Positions 25,871 through 38,590 of a stretch of DNA of 64,000 bases are shown piece after piece. Under the pieces are notes generated by a model. It was not told where the DNA came from. It was given only the letters and a program-made list of their open reading frames with translations, and did not search any database. The position numbers were made by a program, and so were the translations under genes. Numbering within the stretch: position 1 is the first letter of the stretch; each line of letters starts with the position of its first letter. Origin of the DNA: Macrostomum lignano (taxonomy: Eukaryota); the NCBI GenBank assembly GCA_002269645.1, contig NIVC01000192.1, forward strand, positions 1-64,000, read 5' to 3'.

Positions 25871-28800
25871 ATGCTTTCACGCCGGCTTTTCAATTCCTCC
25901 TCCGCCATCGCGATGCGGCGCGGCAGCTGGCATCGATCGACGGCGGCTCTGTCCTCTGCAGCCGCCGCCGACGGTCAGGCTGAGCCGCCGTTCTTTGAGA
26001 TGGTCGAGAAATTCTTCGACAAAGCGGCAGGCCTACTCGAGCCGAAACTAATTGACGAGATGCCGTCGAAAATACCAATTGAAGAGCGCAGCAAACGCGT
26101 TCGAGGCATTCTGAGCACAGTGAAGCCTTGCAATCACGTGCTCGAGGTGACGTTCCCGGTTAGGCGCGACGACGGCCGATTTGAAATCATTCGCGGCTGG
26201 AGGGCGCAGCACTCGCTGCACAGGATTCCGTGCAAAGGCGGCATCCGCTGCGCCACGGATGTTAATAAGAACGAGGTTCGTGTCTAGTAATCCCGGTATG
26301 AATTGGGATCCTGATCCCGGAATCCCAGGATATCCGCAAAAATGGAGCTCCTGTTCCCGAAGTCCCGGGATATCCGCAAAAGTTAGGATCCTGATCCGGA
26401 AATCCTGGGATATCCGCAAAAACTGGGATCCTGATCCCGAAATCCTGGGATATCCGCAAAAACTGGGATCCTGATCCCGAAATCCTGGGATATCCGCAAA
26501 AACTGGGATCCTGATCCTGAAATCCCAGGATATCCGCAAAAATGGGCTCCTGTTCCCGAAGTCCCGGGATATCCGCAAAAATTGGGATCCTGATCCCGGA
26601 ATCCCAGGATATCCGCAAAAATGGAGCTCCTGTTCCCGAAGTCCCGGGATATCCGCAAAAGTTAGGATCCTGATCCCGGAATCCCAGGATATCCGCAAAA
26701 ATGGAGCTCCTGTTCCCGAAGTCCCAGGATATCCGCAAAAGTTAGGATCCTGATCCGGAAATCCTGGGATATCCGCAAAAACTGGGATCCTGATCCCGAA
26801 ATCCAGGGATATCCGCAAAAATTGGGATCCTTAACCCGGAATCCCAAGATATCTGCAAAAATTGGAATCCTCATCCCGGAAACCCAAGATGTTCGCAAAA
26901 ATTGGGATTCTGATCCTGAAATCCCAGGATATCCTCGAAAATTGGGATCCTGATCCCGGAATCCCAGGATATCCGAAAAAATTGGTTTTTGATCCGGAAA
27001 TCCCAGAATTCCGCGAAAGTTGGGATTCTGATCCCGAACCCCCGCGATCCCTACTCCATTCCTGGTTGATGATGACCAAGACCTTACTAAAGACGCATTT
27101 TACACACACGTCAATCCAGGTGATGGCCCTGGCCGCTCTAATGACCTACAAGTGCGCCGTAGTTGACGTCCCATTTGGCGGCGCCAAGGCCGGCTTAGCC
27201 ATCAACCCCAAGGACTATTCGGAGAACGAATTAGAAAAAATCACCAGACGATTCACGGTCGAATTGGCTAAGAAAGGATTTATTGGGCCCGGCGTTGACG
27301 TGCCCGCGCCCGATATGGGCACTGGAGAGCGGGAGATGAGCTGGATTGCCGACACTTACTCTAATACACACGGTGAGGCTGCTCAGGCTGGCTAATTTTT
27401 CGCTGATGGAATTCTACTGTCCGTCTGTCTTCACTGTCTGCTTAGATTTTTTTCTGCTGTCTACTCGCGCTGTCGTACCCTCTTCGTGGTCTGCTGTACC
27501 CAGTCCGCTGTCTACTCTTCCCAGTCCGCTATCTACTCTTCCCAGTCCGCTGCATGTCTACTCTTCCCAGTCTGCTGTCTACTCTTCCCAGTCCGCTGTC
27601 TACTCTTCCCAGTCCGCTGTCAACTCTTCCCAGTCCGCTGTCTACTCTTCCCAGTCCGCTGTCTACTCTTCCCAGTCCACTGTCTACTCTTCCCAGTCCA
27701 CTGTCTACTCTTCCCAGTCCACTGTCTATTCTTCCCATTCCACTGTCTACTCTTCCCAGTCCACTGTCTACTCTTCCCAGTCCACTGTCTACTTTTCCCA
27801 TTCCACTGTCTACTCTTCCCAGTCCACTGTCTACTCTTGCCAGTCCGCTGTCTACTCTTCCCAGTCCACTGTCTACCCTTCCCAGGTCACTGTCTACTCT
27901 TCCCAGTCCACTGTCTAATCTTCCCAATCCGCTGTCTACCCTTCCCAGTTCACTGTCTACCCTTCCACAGTCTGTTTTCTACCCAGTCTATTGTCTACCC
28001 AAACGCTCACTTGTATTAGGCTTCAAGGATCTGGACTCGTACGCCTGCGTCACTGGCAAGCCAATCTCTATGGGCGGCATTCACGGCCGGATTTCCGCCA
28101 CCGGACGGGTGAGTAAGGGAGAACAATTTTATTTAACGGAGTAAACATTCAAATTTGACTACTTAAAGTAGAAATGGGACATTTCAAGCAGTATTTTATG
28201 TATTTCTATATTATGTATAAAAAATCAGAAATTTCTACCTTCATAGTTTAAGTTATCGAACATACACAAAGATAAACGCCACATCAGTTTTAGTATATGT
28301 AGATTTATAACTATGAAAAAGTTTCCAGTATTCGAGCATCGCCGGATTCTTTATAAGCTATGAGCTAGCGGAAGTGACCAGGCCTAAAACACTTATAAAA
28401 GGTGAAATTTGAAGCTTGTAAGGCTATGAAAAATGTACATACTCAATTGCACAGGGCGTGTTCCACGGCATTGAGAACTTCATCAACGAGGCCAGCTACA
28501 TGAGCCAGGTGGGCCTCACGCCCGGCTTTGGCGATAAGACCTTTATTATACAGGGCTTCGGCAATGTTGGCCTGCACTCCATGCGCTACCTGCACAGGGC
28601 CGGAGCCAAGTGCGTGGGCGTCATCGAGTTTGACGGAGCCATTTACAATCCTGACGGCATTGATCCCAAGGATTTAGAGAATTATAAAATTGTAAGTTGG
28701 GCAGCAGCGGCATTGTAAGTCGCGTATTATTGAACTAATGAGTCGGGTATTACTAAACTAAAGAGTCGGGGTATTACTAATGAGTCGGGGTATTACTAAT

Positions 28801-30167
28801 GAGTCGGGGTATTACTAATGAGTCGGGGTATTACTAATGAGTCGGGGTATTACTAATGAGTCGGGTATTACTAATGAGTCGGGTATTACTAATGAGCCGG
28901 GAGTGTTACTAATGAGTCGGGGTATTACTAATGAGTCGGGGTATTACTAATGAGTCGGGTATTACTAATGAGTCGGGGTATTACTAATGAGTCGGGGTAT
29001 TACTAATGAGTCGGGTATTACTAATGAGTCGGGGTATTACTAATGAGCCAGGGGTATTACTAATGAGCCAGGGGTATTACTAATGAGTCGGGGTATTACT
29101 AATGAGTCGGGTATTACTAATGAGCCGGGGGTATTACTAATGAGTCGGGTTATTACTAATGAGTCGGGGTATTACTAATGAGTCGGGTATTACTAATGAG
29201 TCGGGGTATTACTAATGATTCTGGGTATTACTAATGAGTCGGGGGTATTACTAATGAGCCAGGGGTATTACCAATGAGTCGGGGTATTACTAATGAGTCG
29301 GGTATTACTAATGAGCCGGGGGTATTACTAATGAGTCGGGTTATTACTAATGAGTCGGGGTATTACTAATGAGTCGGGTATTACTAATGAGTCGGGTATT
29401 ACTAATGAGTCGGGGTATTACTAATGATTCTGGGTATTACTAATGAGGGGGGTATTACTAATGATTCGGGTACTACTAATGAGCCAGGGGTATTACTAAT
29501 GAGCCAGGGGTATTACTAATGAGCCGGGGGTATTACTTTACAGGAGCAGGGCAGCATCGTGGGCTTCCCCGGAGCCAAGGCCTACGAGCCCAAGGACGAG
29601 CTGATGTTCGAGAAATGCGACATCCTGGTGCCGGCCGCGTCAGAAAAGGCCATCAATGCTGGCAACGCGGATCGAATCCAGGCCCGCATCATAGCCGAAG
29701 GCGCCAACGGTCCGACCACAGGCGGAGCCGAGCAGATCCTGCGCGACAAGAATGTGCTGGTGATTCCGGATCTGTACCTGAACGCTGGCGGCGTCACCGT
29801 GTCCTATTTTGAATGGCTGAAGAATCTCAACCACGTGAGCTATGGCCGACTCACGTTCAAGTACGAGCGCGACTCCAACTACCAGCTGCTGGAGAGCGTG
29901 CAGCAGTCTCTAGAGCGCAAGTTCGGCCGTCACGGCGGCAAGATTCCCGTGACTCCCACTAGCGAATACGAGGCTAGAATGGCTGGCGCTAACGAGGTGG
30001 ACATTGTCCACTCTGGCCTGGCCTACACAATGGCCAGATCGGCTAATAACATGATGCGAATTGGCATGAAATACAACCTGGGCCTGGACCTGCGCACTGC
30101 AGCCTTCATCGGAGCTATTGAGAAGATCTATCAGGTTTACCGCACGTCTGGCATGCTGTTTATCTAA
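25871..30167 (+). CDS. GLUD1: Mitochondrial glutamate dehydrogenase (animal type with antenna), 535 aa, 5 exons
   Basis: Exons 25871-26275, 27120-27372, 28020-28108, 28455-28691, 29544-30167, all GT-AG and frame-consistent. Motifs [77 protein letters not shown]. Arg/Ser-rich N-terminal mitochondrial presequence. Confidence 0.97.
26290..27050. repeat. 40-bp minisatellite in GDH intron 1
   Basis: Unit AACTGGGATCCTGATCCCGAAATCCTGGGATATCCGCAAA, about 19 copies. Confidence 0.93.
27490..27990. repeat. 21-bp minisatellite in GDH intron 2
   Basis: Unit CTGTCTACTCTTCCCAGTCCR, about 23 copies. Confidence 0.93.
28735..29536. repeat. 18/19-bp minisatellite in GDH intron 4
   Basis: Unit TATTACTAATGAGTCGGG(G), about 43 copies, running to within ~7 nt of the acceptor AG. 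Confidence 0.95.
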
Positions 30168-30278
30168 TCGGATGTACTTTTATTGTCTATGTATGGTGTA
30201 GAATTATTGGTGTCTGAGGTATTCAGGCCAAATTGCTATGATAATTACTATTCCATATTTTAGTTTAAGATTCCTCTT

Positions 30279-30430
30279 ATCTCTGTATGAGATTTATCCC
30301 ATCTCGCTCTGAGATTCACCCCCCCCCATCTCACAGTGAGATATTCTTCCCATCTCACTATGAGATGCATCCCATCTCATTGTGAGAGTCATCCAATCTC
30401 ACTATGAGATTCATGCCATCTAACTGAGAT
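30279..30430 (+). repeat. Array of ~7 small palindromes ATCTCA-NNN-TGAGAT downstream of the GDH stop codon
   Basis: Seen directly; spacing about 22-29 nt. Confidence 0.75.
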
Positions 30431-31259
30431 TATGTGAGTCCTCCTATCTTTTGATATGCAATAGCAATCGTAGTGTGAGATTGTAATTTTTAAAAATATG
30501 TATCATCCAAGATCTTTTTTCATTTATCTCATCTGTCCAAGATTATCCCATTCGCTGTCGATGTAATTTATATTCTAAAAATTGGATTAACTTTACTGCT
30601 GGCTCTCTTAATATTATAACTGGTGTACACGATAGACTACTGCAGTAGTATATAGCAAAGAGATAGTCTATTAAAACTATTGGAAATCTGCTGCAACAAA
30701 CTAGTAAAGTCCTCAGTCTACTGTCTATTATTGCCCATATTTTCTTCAGACAATAAATCTCTTAGGTTGTACTTTTAAATGCATATTTGCTAATTCCTTT
30801 ATTGCTTAGTTGAGCAGTATGCTCAGTCTAAATATAAATTAATTTTAGTTAATTTTTATTCTGTAGTCATTATTTTGCTAATTGGTTTGCATTTTTTGTT
30901 ATTTGTTTAGTTCGAACGAAGTTCTTAGAGATTACTGTGTTTTACTATTATTATTAGTTTATAATGAACATTCTAATCATTATTTCTCCTACATCTGCTG
31001 CTTTTGTCATGCCCCGATGCAGTCATCTTTAAAAAATACAATTTTCTCTTTTTAATTGGCTTTAAACGGTAGCATAAAGCTTCTTAGTACTAATAGTAGT
31101 GTAAATTTATTTTGGATTTGTTTAGTTTCAAGGTCAAATAAACGGAGACTTATTTTATGTTAGGTCTGTTCTTCTATGAGTTTCCATTTATTAACGCCAT
31201 TAAATAGATTTGACGTGTTAGAAATGTTAGAAATCAAAGAGCATCATGTCCCATTAGTT

Positions 31260-33185
31260 CAGGGCTCGGCAAAATCTGGCCCACGAAGCCTCTCTCCGGC
31301 CCTCCGGTTCTTTGATGCTTCACTATAGAAATCCGGTCCGCTCAAGGCTTGTGTCTTTTCTCAGCTCTCTTTTTTCTCCTCTCCTCATCTCCCCTCCTCT
31401 CTCCTCTGGCTCCCCTCTTCCCTCTCCTCTCCCATCTCCCCTCTCCTGTCTCCCTCTCCTCTCCCCTCTCTTGTCCCCCTCATTTCCCCTCTCCTCTGGC
31501 TCCCCTCATCTCCCCTCTCCTCTGGCTCCCCTCATCTCCCCTCTCCTCTGGCTCCCTTCATCTCCCCTTTCCTCTGGCTCCCTTCATCTCCCCTCTCCTC
31601 TGGCTCCCTTCATCTCCCCTTTCCTCTGGCTCCCCTCATCTCCCCTCTCCTCTGGCTCCCTTCATCTCCCCTCTCCTCTGGCTCCCCTCATCTCCCCTCT
31701 CCTCTGGCTCCCTTCATCTCCCCTCTCCTCTGGCTCCCCTCCTCTCCCCTCTCCTCTGGCTCCCCTCATCTCCCCTCTTCTCTGGCTCCCCTCCTCTCCC
31801 CTCTCCTCTGTTTCTCTTCTCCCATCTCCCCTCTCCTGTCTCCCCTCCTCTCCCCTCTCTTGTCCCCCTCATCTCCCCTCTCCTCTTTCTCTTCTCTCCC
31901 ATCTCTTGTCCCCCTCATCTCCCCTCTCCTCTTTCTCTCCTCTCCCATCTCTTGTCCCCCTCCTCTCCCCTCTCCTCTGGCTTTCCTCCTCTCCCCTCTG
32001 CTCTGGCTCCCCTCATCTCCCCTCTCCTCTGGCTCCCCTCCTCTCCCCTCTCCTCTGGCTCCCCTCATCTCCCCTCTCCTCTGGCTCCCCTCCTCTCCCC
32101 TCTCCTCTGTTTCTCTTCTCCCATCTCCCCTCTCCTGTCTCCCCTCCTCTCCCCTCTCTTGTCCCCCTCATCTCCCCTCTCCTCTTTCTCTTCTCTCCCA
32201 TCTCTTGTCCCCCTCATCTCCCCTCTCCTCTGGCTCCCCTCCTCTCCCCTCTCCTCTGGCTCCCCTCATCTCCCCTCTCCTCTGGCTCCCCTCCTCTCCC
32301 CTCTCCTCTGTTTCTCTTCTCCCATCTCCCCTCTCCTGTCTCCCCTCCTCTCCCCTCTCTTGTCCCCCTCATCTCCCCTCTCCTCTTTCTCTTCTCTCCC
32401 ATCTCTTGTCCCCCTCATCTCCCCTCTCCTCTTTCTCTCCTCTCCCATCTCTTGTCCCCCTCCTCTCCCCTCTCCTCTGGCTCCCCTCCTCTCCCCTCTC
32501 CTCTGGCTCCCCTCATCTCCCCTCTCCTCTGGCTCCCCTCCTTTCCCCTCTCCTCTGGCTCCCCTCATCTCCCCTCTCCTCTGGCTCCCCTCCTCTCCCC
32601 TCTCCTCTGTTTCTCTTCTCCCATCTCCCCTCTCCTGTCTCCCCTCCTCTCCCCTCTCTTGTCCCCCTCATCTCCCCTCTCCTCTTTCTCTCCTCTCCCA
32701 TCTCTTGTCCCCCTCCTCTCCCCTCTCCTCTGGCTCCCCTCCTCTCCCCTCTCCTGTGGCTCCTCTCATCTCCCCTCTCCTCTGGCTCCCCTCCTCTCCC
32801 CTCTCCTCTGGCTCCCCTCATCTCCCCTCTCCTCTGGCTCCCCTCCTCTCCCCTCTCCTCTGGCTCCCCTCATCTCCCCTCTCCTCTGGCTCCCCTCCTC
32901 TCCCCTCTCCTCTGGCTCCCCTCCTCTCCCCTCTCCTCTGGCTCCCCTCCTCTCCCCTCTCCTCTGGCTCCCCTCATCTACCCTATCCTCTGTTTCTCTT
33001 CTCCTATCTCCCCTCTCGTGTCCCCCTACTCCCCCCTCTCCTCTCTCATCTCACCTCTCTCTTCTCTACCCTCCTCTCCACTGTCCTTTCTCATATGCCC
33101 TCTCACCTTTCTTCTCTCTCTGACCCGCAGTCATGCGCTAGGTTCCATATCTCGTCCTTGAGTTGAAAATGTTTGCTGACCCCTG
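31260..33185. mobile_element. hAT-like (CAGGG-ended) MITE inflated by a ~1.75-kb polypyrimidine minisatellite
   Basis: Ends CAGGGCTCGGCAAAA / TTTGCTGACCCCTG. Both termini are homologous to the 48616-49054 copy. Degenerate TSD CATTAGTT / CCTTAGGA. Interior CCTCTCCCCTCTCCTCTGGCTCC repeats at 31370-33120. Confidence 0.8.
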
Positions 33186-34045
33186 CCTTAGGAACAAAAA
33201 TTATATTTCCCACCGCCTTTATTCATTTCAAAGATAACAATAGATTTATGTAGATTATGTACATTTTTATGTACGTTTAATAGGCCTGCTATTCACTTTT
33301 TTGTTGTTTTCTTTATAGTCCCCACAATAGCAAGGGTTTAGTCTGCTGTAGGATTTCATCTTTTCATCAAGGTAGACATTTTGGTCTACCTCATGGCTCT
33401 GCGTGTGGAAGATCCGAAGAAGATCCGAAAGACCAAGTACACCCAGCAATATGTTAAAGTCACCGGAGCCGTCACAATTTGAACAAGTTGCTGAGTTCAC
33501 ATATGCATGCAATATTTACTCAGCAAAATAGTCACCCGCAGTTGATCCAGGATCCCCTTTTCTTCAACTCATCTTCGTTGGTGAACTTTTTCTTGGCCAA
33601 AAAGTAGGGTTAGGGATAACAAATAAAAGTCAATCTCAAGAGGAGAAATGTTTGGGCTGCAAGCTCGATGCGAGAACAGCTCCCAGCCCCAGCTGTAGAA
33701 GCTACAGAACTTACACAGAATGCTCAATCAGTCTACATCAGGGCTCGGCAAACTTTTTTACGTCAAGTGTCAGATAGGGAACCTGTACATGTACCTGTAC
33801 CTGTACATGTACGTGAATTCGGGTCAGAGGACAGAGAAAAGAGAAGAGTGATGGGAGAAAGGAGAAGCGAGGGAATAAAAGGGAAGAGAGGAGAGAGAAG
33901 AAAGAAGATATTTTTAGTTAGTACTAGATAGTATTTTTCTAGCTCCATAAGTGTATAGCAATCAGTACTATTTTGCCTAAATTCGCAATGACTGCTTATT
34001 TGAAAGACGAATTTCATGCATGCCCAGACCGGCTTACCTGGCAAC

Positions 34046-36019
34046 ATGGCACCTCCCGCTAAGCGCCCCGCTGCTGCTGCCGCTGCTGCAAAAAAGAAGC
34101 CGGCAGGTGTTAGCAAACGAACGCCAGCCAAGATTCAATTGCCCGAAGGCACCCGCCTTGTCGACTTAAAGAAGCAAATCTGGCGAGTTGGTCGCGTCAT
34201 CGGCGAGGGCGGCTTCGGCTTGGTGTACCTCGGCACCGGCGGTGGCGGCGAAGACGGCGCCCAGCCAATTGACTGCGTGATCAAAGCCGAGCCCAAGGGC
34301 AACGGGCCGCTGTTCTGCGAGATGCACTTTTATCAGCGTGCCGCCGACGGCAGCCGGGTTGGCGACTGGGCCGCCGCTAAGCGTCTCGACTATGTCGGCG
34401 TGCCGAGATTCTACGGCTGCGGCACCGCCAGCCATGCCGGTCAGGATCACAGGTTCCTGGCCATCGAACGGCTGGGCGAGGATCTTGAGAAGCAGTTCGA
34501 CAAGCAGCGGGACAGTCTGGGCCGCGTGCCCGCTAGGCGCGCTTTTGCCGTGGCCGTTCGCGTGCTGGACGCTCTGGAGTTTGTTCACGACAGCGGCTAC
34601 GCCCACGCCGATGTCAAGGCGTCCAATTTGTTAACGTCTGGCGCCGACCGGGTGTACCTGGCCGACTTTGGCCTGGCGTTTCGGTACTCAGCCGATGGTC
34701 GCTGGCTGAAGGAGGAGAAGGTTAGCAGCTCTGTTGCCCATCCGGCCTTACTGAAGTATTTCCCGATTTCTGTGTCGTGTGTGTGCCGGGGCTGAGCAGC
34801 TTAATGTGAATCTCTAGTGTGAATCTCTAGTGTGAATCTCACCTGCAGCCAATATAGAATCTAGTGTGAATCTCACCTGCAGCCAATGTAGAATGTAGTG
34901 TGAATATCACCTGTAGCCAATGTAGAATCTAGTGTGAATCTCACCTGTAGCCAATGTAGACTACAGTGTGAATCTCACCTGTAGCCAATGTAGACTACAG
35001 TGTGAATCTCACCTGTATCCAAGGTAGAATCTATTGTGAATCTCACCTGTAGCCAATGTAGAATCTTGTGTGAATCTCACCTGTAGCCAATGTAGGATCT
35101 AGTGTGAATCTCACCTTTCTAACTTTTCCCCCCCGGCCGCACCGCCCAGGAGGACCCAAAGCGTCGTCACGACGGCACCTCCGAGTACTGCAGCCGCGAC
35201 GCCCATCGCGGCCTCGCGCCGACGCCCCGCGCCGACCTTGAGAATCTTGGCTGGTGCCTGCTGGCTTGGCTGACTGGCGACCTGCCGTGGCAACAATATC
35301 GCAACGAAAACGAGCGGGTGCAGCGCGCGAAAGAGGCTGCCATGGCGGATCTGGCCGGCTTTCTCGGCCGCTGCCAATTTGCTAGAGGCTCCGCCGACGC
35401 CGAAGCCGTGGCCGAGGTGCTTCGCCACGCCGCCGGGCTGGGCTATCACGAGAGGCCGCAGTATGCCCGGCTGCGGGCCCTTCTGCAGCGGCGGGCCGAC
35501 GCGTCTGCCGACAAAGTCGACTCTACTACTAGCAATGGCGTTGCCAAGGCGACAGCAAAAACTGCCGCAGCGGCGGCTTCTGCTAGGCCGAAGTCCGTTG
35601 CTAAGGCGCCTACTAAGTCAACAACGCCCGTTGCTAAGGCGTCTCCGAGGTCGAAAACGCCCGTTGCTAAGGCGTCTCCGAGGTCGAAAACGTCCGTTGC
35701 TAAGGCGTCTCCAAGGTCGAAAACGCCCGTTGCTAAGACAACTCCAAAATCAACGCGTGTTGCTAAGGCATCTCCAAGGTCAACAGCGCCTGTTGCTAAG
35801 GCCTCTTCATCGAATACGAAATCGTCAGCAGTTGCTAGGGCGGCGGCATCGTCAAACAGTTCGTCATCGATAGTCGAAGAATCGGTTGCCATTAGCGACG
35901 GGGCCAACGGTGCCGCCGACGTTGCAACGATGGCTCGCAAGCGAAAGTCCGGCTGCTGTCAGACGTCGCCACATCTGCTGAAAGAGGCGAAGCGGCTGGC
36001 CCGAGCTGCCCGCAAGTGA
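34046..36019 (+). CDS. VRK1: Vaccinia-related kinase (VRK/NHK-1 family), 514 aa, 2 exons
   Basis: Exons 34046-34720 and 35150-36019 (phase 0, GT-AG). IGEGGFG, CVIKAEPKGNGPLFCEMHFYQRAA, HADVKASNLL, VYLADFGLAFRY, EDPKRRHDGTSEYCSRDAH, DLENLGWCL match VRK1. An upstream ATG at 34016 is an alternative start. Confidence 0.93.
34803..35115. repeat. 34-bp minisatellite in the VRK intron
   Basis: Unit AGTGTGAATCTCACCTGTAGCCAATGTAGAATCT, about 8-9 copies. Confidence 0.92.
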
Positions 36020-36677
36020 CGACCCATCCGATGACGGCAATCTGACGAAAAAATGACATCTCAACTTGATACTTTTCAAAATCAATTTTACTCCAGCTGG
36101 CGTTACCGGCAATCTTTGAAATCCGGTTTTTTTCAATGTAATTCAAACAAAACAAAATTTAAATTCGATTTATTTTAAAAAGCGACGCTCACGAGGATTG
36201 CGACTTTATTATTCATTATTCTAAAAATGTGTATTTTTTCTGTCGGTTTTTTCAACTCAACTGTATCTGCTTAGTTGTTATTCCTGCAAACGCTTACTTA
36301 TTACGTAACTCTGTGCTAGTTACGTAACTCGGAGCATTTTTGCAATCTTTTTGTGTTTTTGCATTTTTTTCGCTAGCTTATTTAGTTAACTGTACCGAAT
36401 AATCTATAAAATTAGTGCTTGTATTTGTCTTCACCACAATTAAATTTGTTATTTTTTTATAGTCCATACTTGTCAGTACTTTAGTATAGTAGTGTCTACT
36501 CTTTAAATATCGGTGTGATGCTGTAATATTTATTTCATCATAAACTTATTTTCATATTTTATTCTCGAATTTTTTTAGCTGGGCTTGCTTTCCTGGCGTT
36601 TTTCCGGCTTTGAAATTTTTTGTTTAATGAACAGCGGCTCCGGTTGAGAAATATGTTTATTTCTTAGAAACTAGCTT

Positions 36678-36792
36678 TTATACTACTGCTGCTGCTACTA
36701 CTACTACAACTACTAATACAACAACAACTATTACTACTACTAATACTACTACTAATAATACTAATACAACAACAAAAACAACAACAACAACA

Positions 36793-36826
<34 letters not shown>

Positions 36827-36965
36827 ATACTAATACAACAACAAAAACAACAACTACTACTACTACTACTAATACTAATACAACAACAAAAACAACAACT
36901 ACTACTACTACTACTACTACTGCTACTGCTACTACTACAACTACTAATACAACAACAACAACAAC

Positions 36966-37015
<50 letters not shown>

Positions 37016-37134
37016 ATACAACAACAACTATTACTACTACTAATACTACTACTACTAATACTAATACAACAACAAAAACAACAACAACTACTACTACTAC
37101 TAATACTAATACAACAACAAAAACAACAACAACA

Positions 37135-37169
<35 letters not shown>

Positions 37170-37196
37170 AACTACTAATACAAAAACAACAACAAC

Positions 37197-37278
<82 letters not shown>

Positions 37279-37293
37279 GCTACTACTACTGCA

Positions 37294-37326
<33 letters not shown>

Positions 37327-37327
37327 G

Positions 37328-37362
<35 letters not shown>

Positions 37363-37363
37363 G

Positions 37364-37396
<33 letters not shown>

Positions 37397-37415
37397 TTAC
37401 TACTACTACTACTAT

Positions 37416-37452
<37 letters not shown>

Positions 37453-37453
37453 G

Positions 37454-37498
<45 letters not shown>

Positions 37499-37499
37499 T

Positions 37500-37545
<46 letters not shown>

Positions 37546-37546
37546 G

Positions 37547-37594
<48 letters not shown>

Positions 37595-37595
37595 T

Positions 37596-37627
<32 letters not shown>

Positions 37628-37628
37628 T

Positions 37629-37678
<50 letters not shown>

Positions 37679-37680
37679 TA
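36678..37680. repeat. ~1-kb compound (TAC)n/(AAC)n trinucleotide microsatellite
   Basis: Seen directly. Confidence 0.97.
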
Positions 37681-37880
37681 AGCCTAGGCCCTAAGGCATA
37701 CATGTACATGGTATCGAATTGAATGCATTAGCGCTTTCAATTATCATGAAATCGTTAACGCATACAAGAAAAAATATGCAATGTTTAAGCATTAGCCTGT
37801 TTGCATTGGTTTCCGAAATTGATGCAGTGTTGAAGCAGTGGCGCACAAATAGCTAATAAAATAAGCGCTAGGCAGTCAGC

Positions 37881-38228
37881 ATGGGCCAGACGCTGATCTC
37901 GGAGCGGTTGCGTCACTCCGTAGAGACAATTCGCTCGGCCGCGGACAACTCGGACAATGAGCAGTCGGACCCGATGGGCGGCGGTCTGCGCTGCTACTCC
38001 ACCGCGCTGCAGCCTGGCAGCGACTATTTCGCCAGCTGGTACGCGGCCGCCACTCGCTGCCGGCAGGAGCACCCGTCTGGCGACTTGGCTAAGTGCTCCG
38101 ACGTGCTGCGCCAGCTGGATCGACGGCAGGGCGACGCGCTGGCCGAACGGGAGGCCTGGCTGGCTCTGCTGGAGAACTGGCCGGCGGGGTTGGCCGAAGC
38201 TGACGTGTCCGCTGTTCAGCAACGGTGA
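37881..38228 (+). CDS. Hypothetical 115-aa protein (or first exon of an unresolved gene)
   Basis: GC-rich island with codon style like the neighbouring exons, set in AT-rich flanks. No recognisable family. Confidence 0.5.
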   Translation: MGQTLISERLRHSVETIRSAADNSDNEQSDPMGGGLRCYSTALQPGSDYFASWYAAATRCRQEHPSGDLAKCSDVLRQLDRRQGDALAEREAWLALLENWPAGLAEADVSAVQQR

Positions 38229-38352
38229 CCTGGGCTGACCTTGCAATTGCTAAATGCTGCTGTGATGCTTTAAAGGGGATTTGAGCCCAAGTCTGGGATT
38301 CTCTTCAACTCAAGTCTCTAGAATTGAATTCGAAGTAAAGCTCCATCTAGCC

Positions 38353-38590
38353 TGCAGTGCTAAACTGGCGCTAAAATCTATTCTGCAGCGCTAAATTGGC
38401 GCTAAAATCTATTCTGCAGCGCTATATTGGCGCTAAAATCTATTCTGCAGCGCTAAATTGGCGCTAAAATCTATTCTGCAGCGCTAAATTGGCGCTAAAA
38501 TCTATTCTGCAGCGCTAAATTGGCGCTAAAATCTATTCTGCAGCGCTAAATTTGCGCTAAAATCGATTCTGCAGCGCTAAACTGGCGCTC
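38353..38590. repeat. 31-bp minisatellite
   Basis: Unit GCGCTAAATTGGCGCTAAAATCTATTCTGCA, about 7.5 copies. Confidence 0.92.

Noticed and set aside
31312-33166. 600-aa Pro/Ser/Leu-rich ORFs
   Set aside because: Polypyrimidine repeat inside a MITE; stop codons are absent because of base composition.
36678-37709. 343-aa poly-Val ORF
   Set aside because: Reverse translation of a (TAC)/(AAC) microsatellite.
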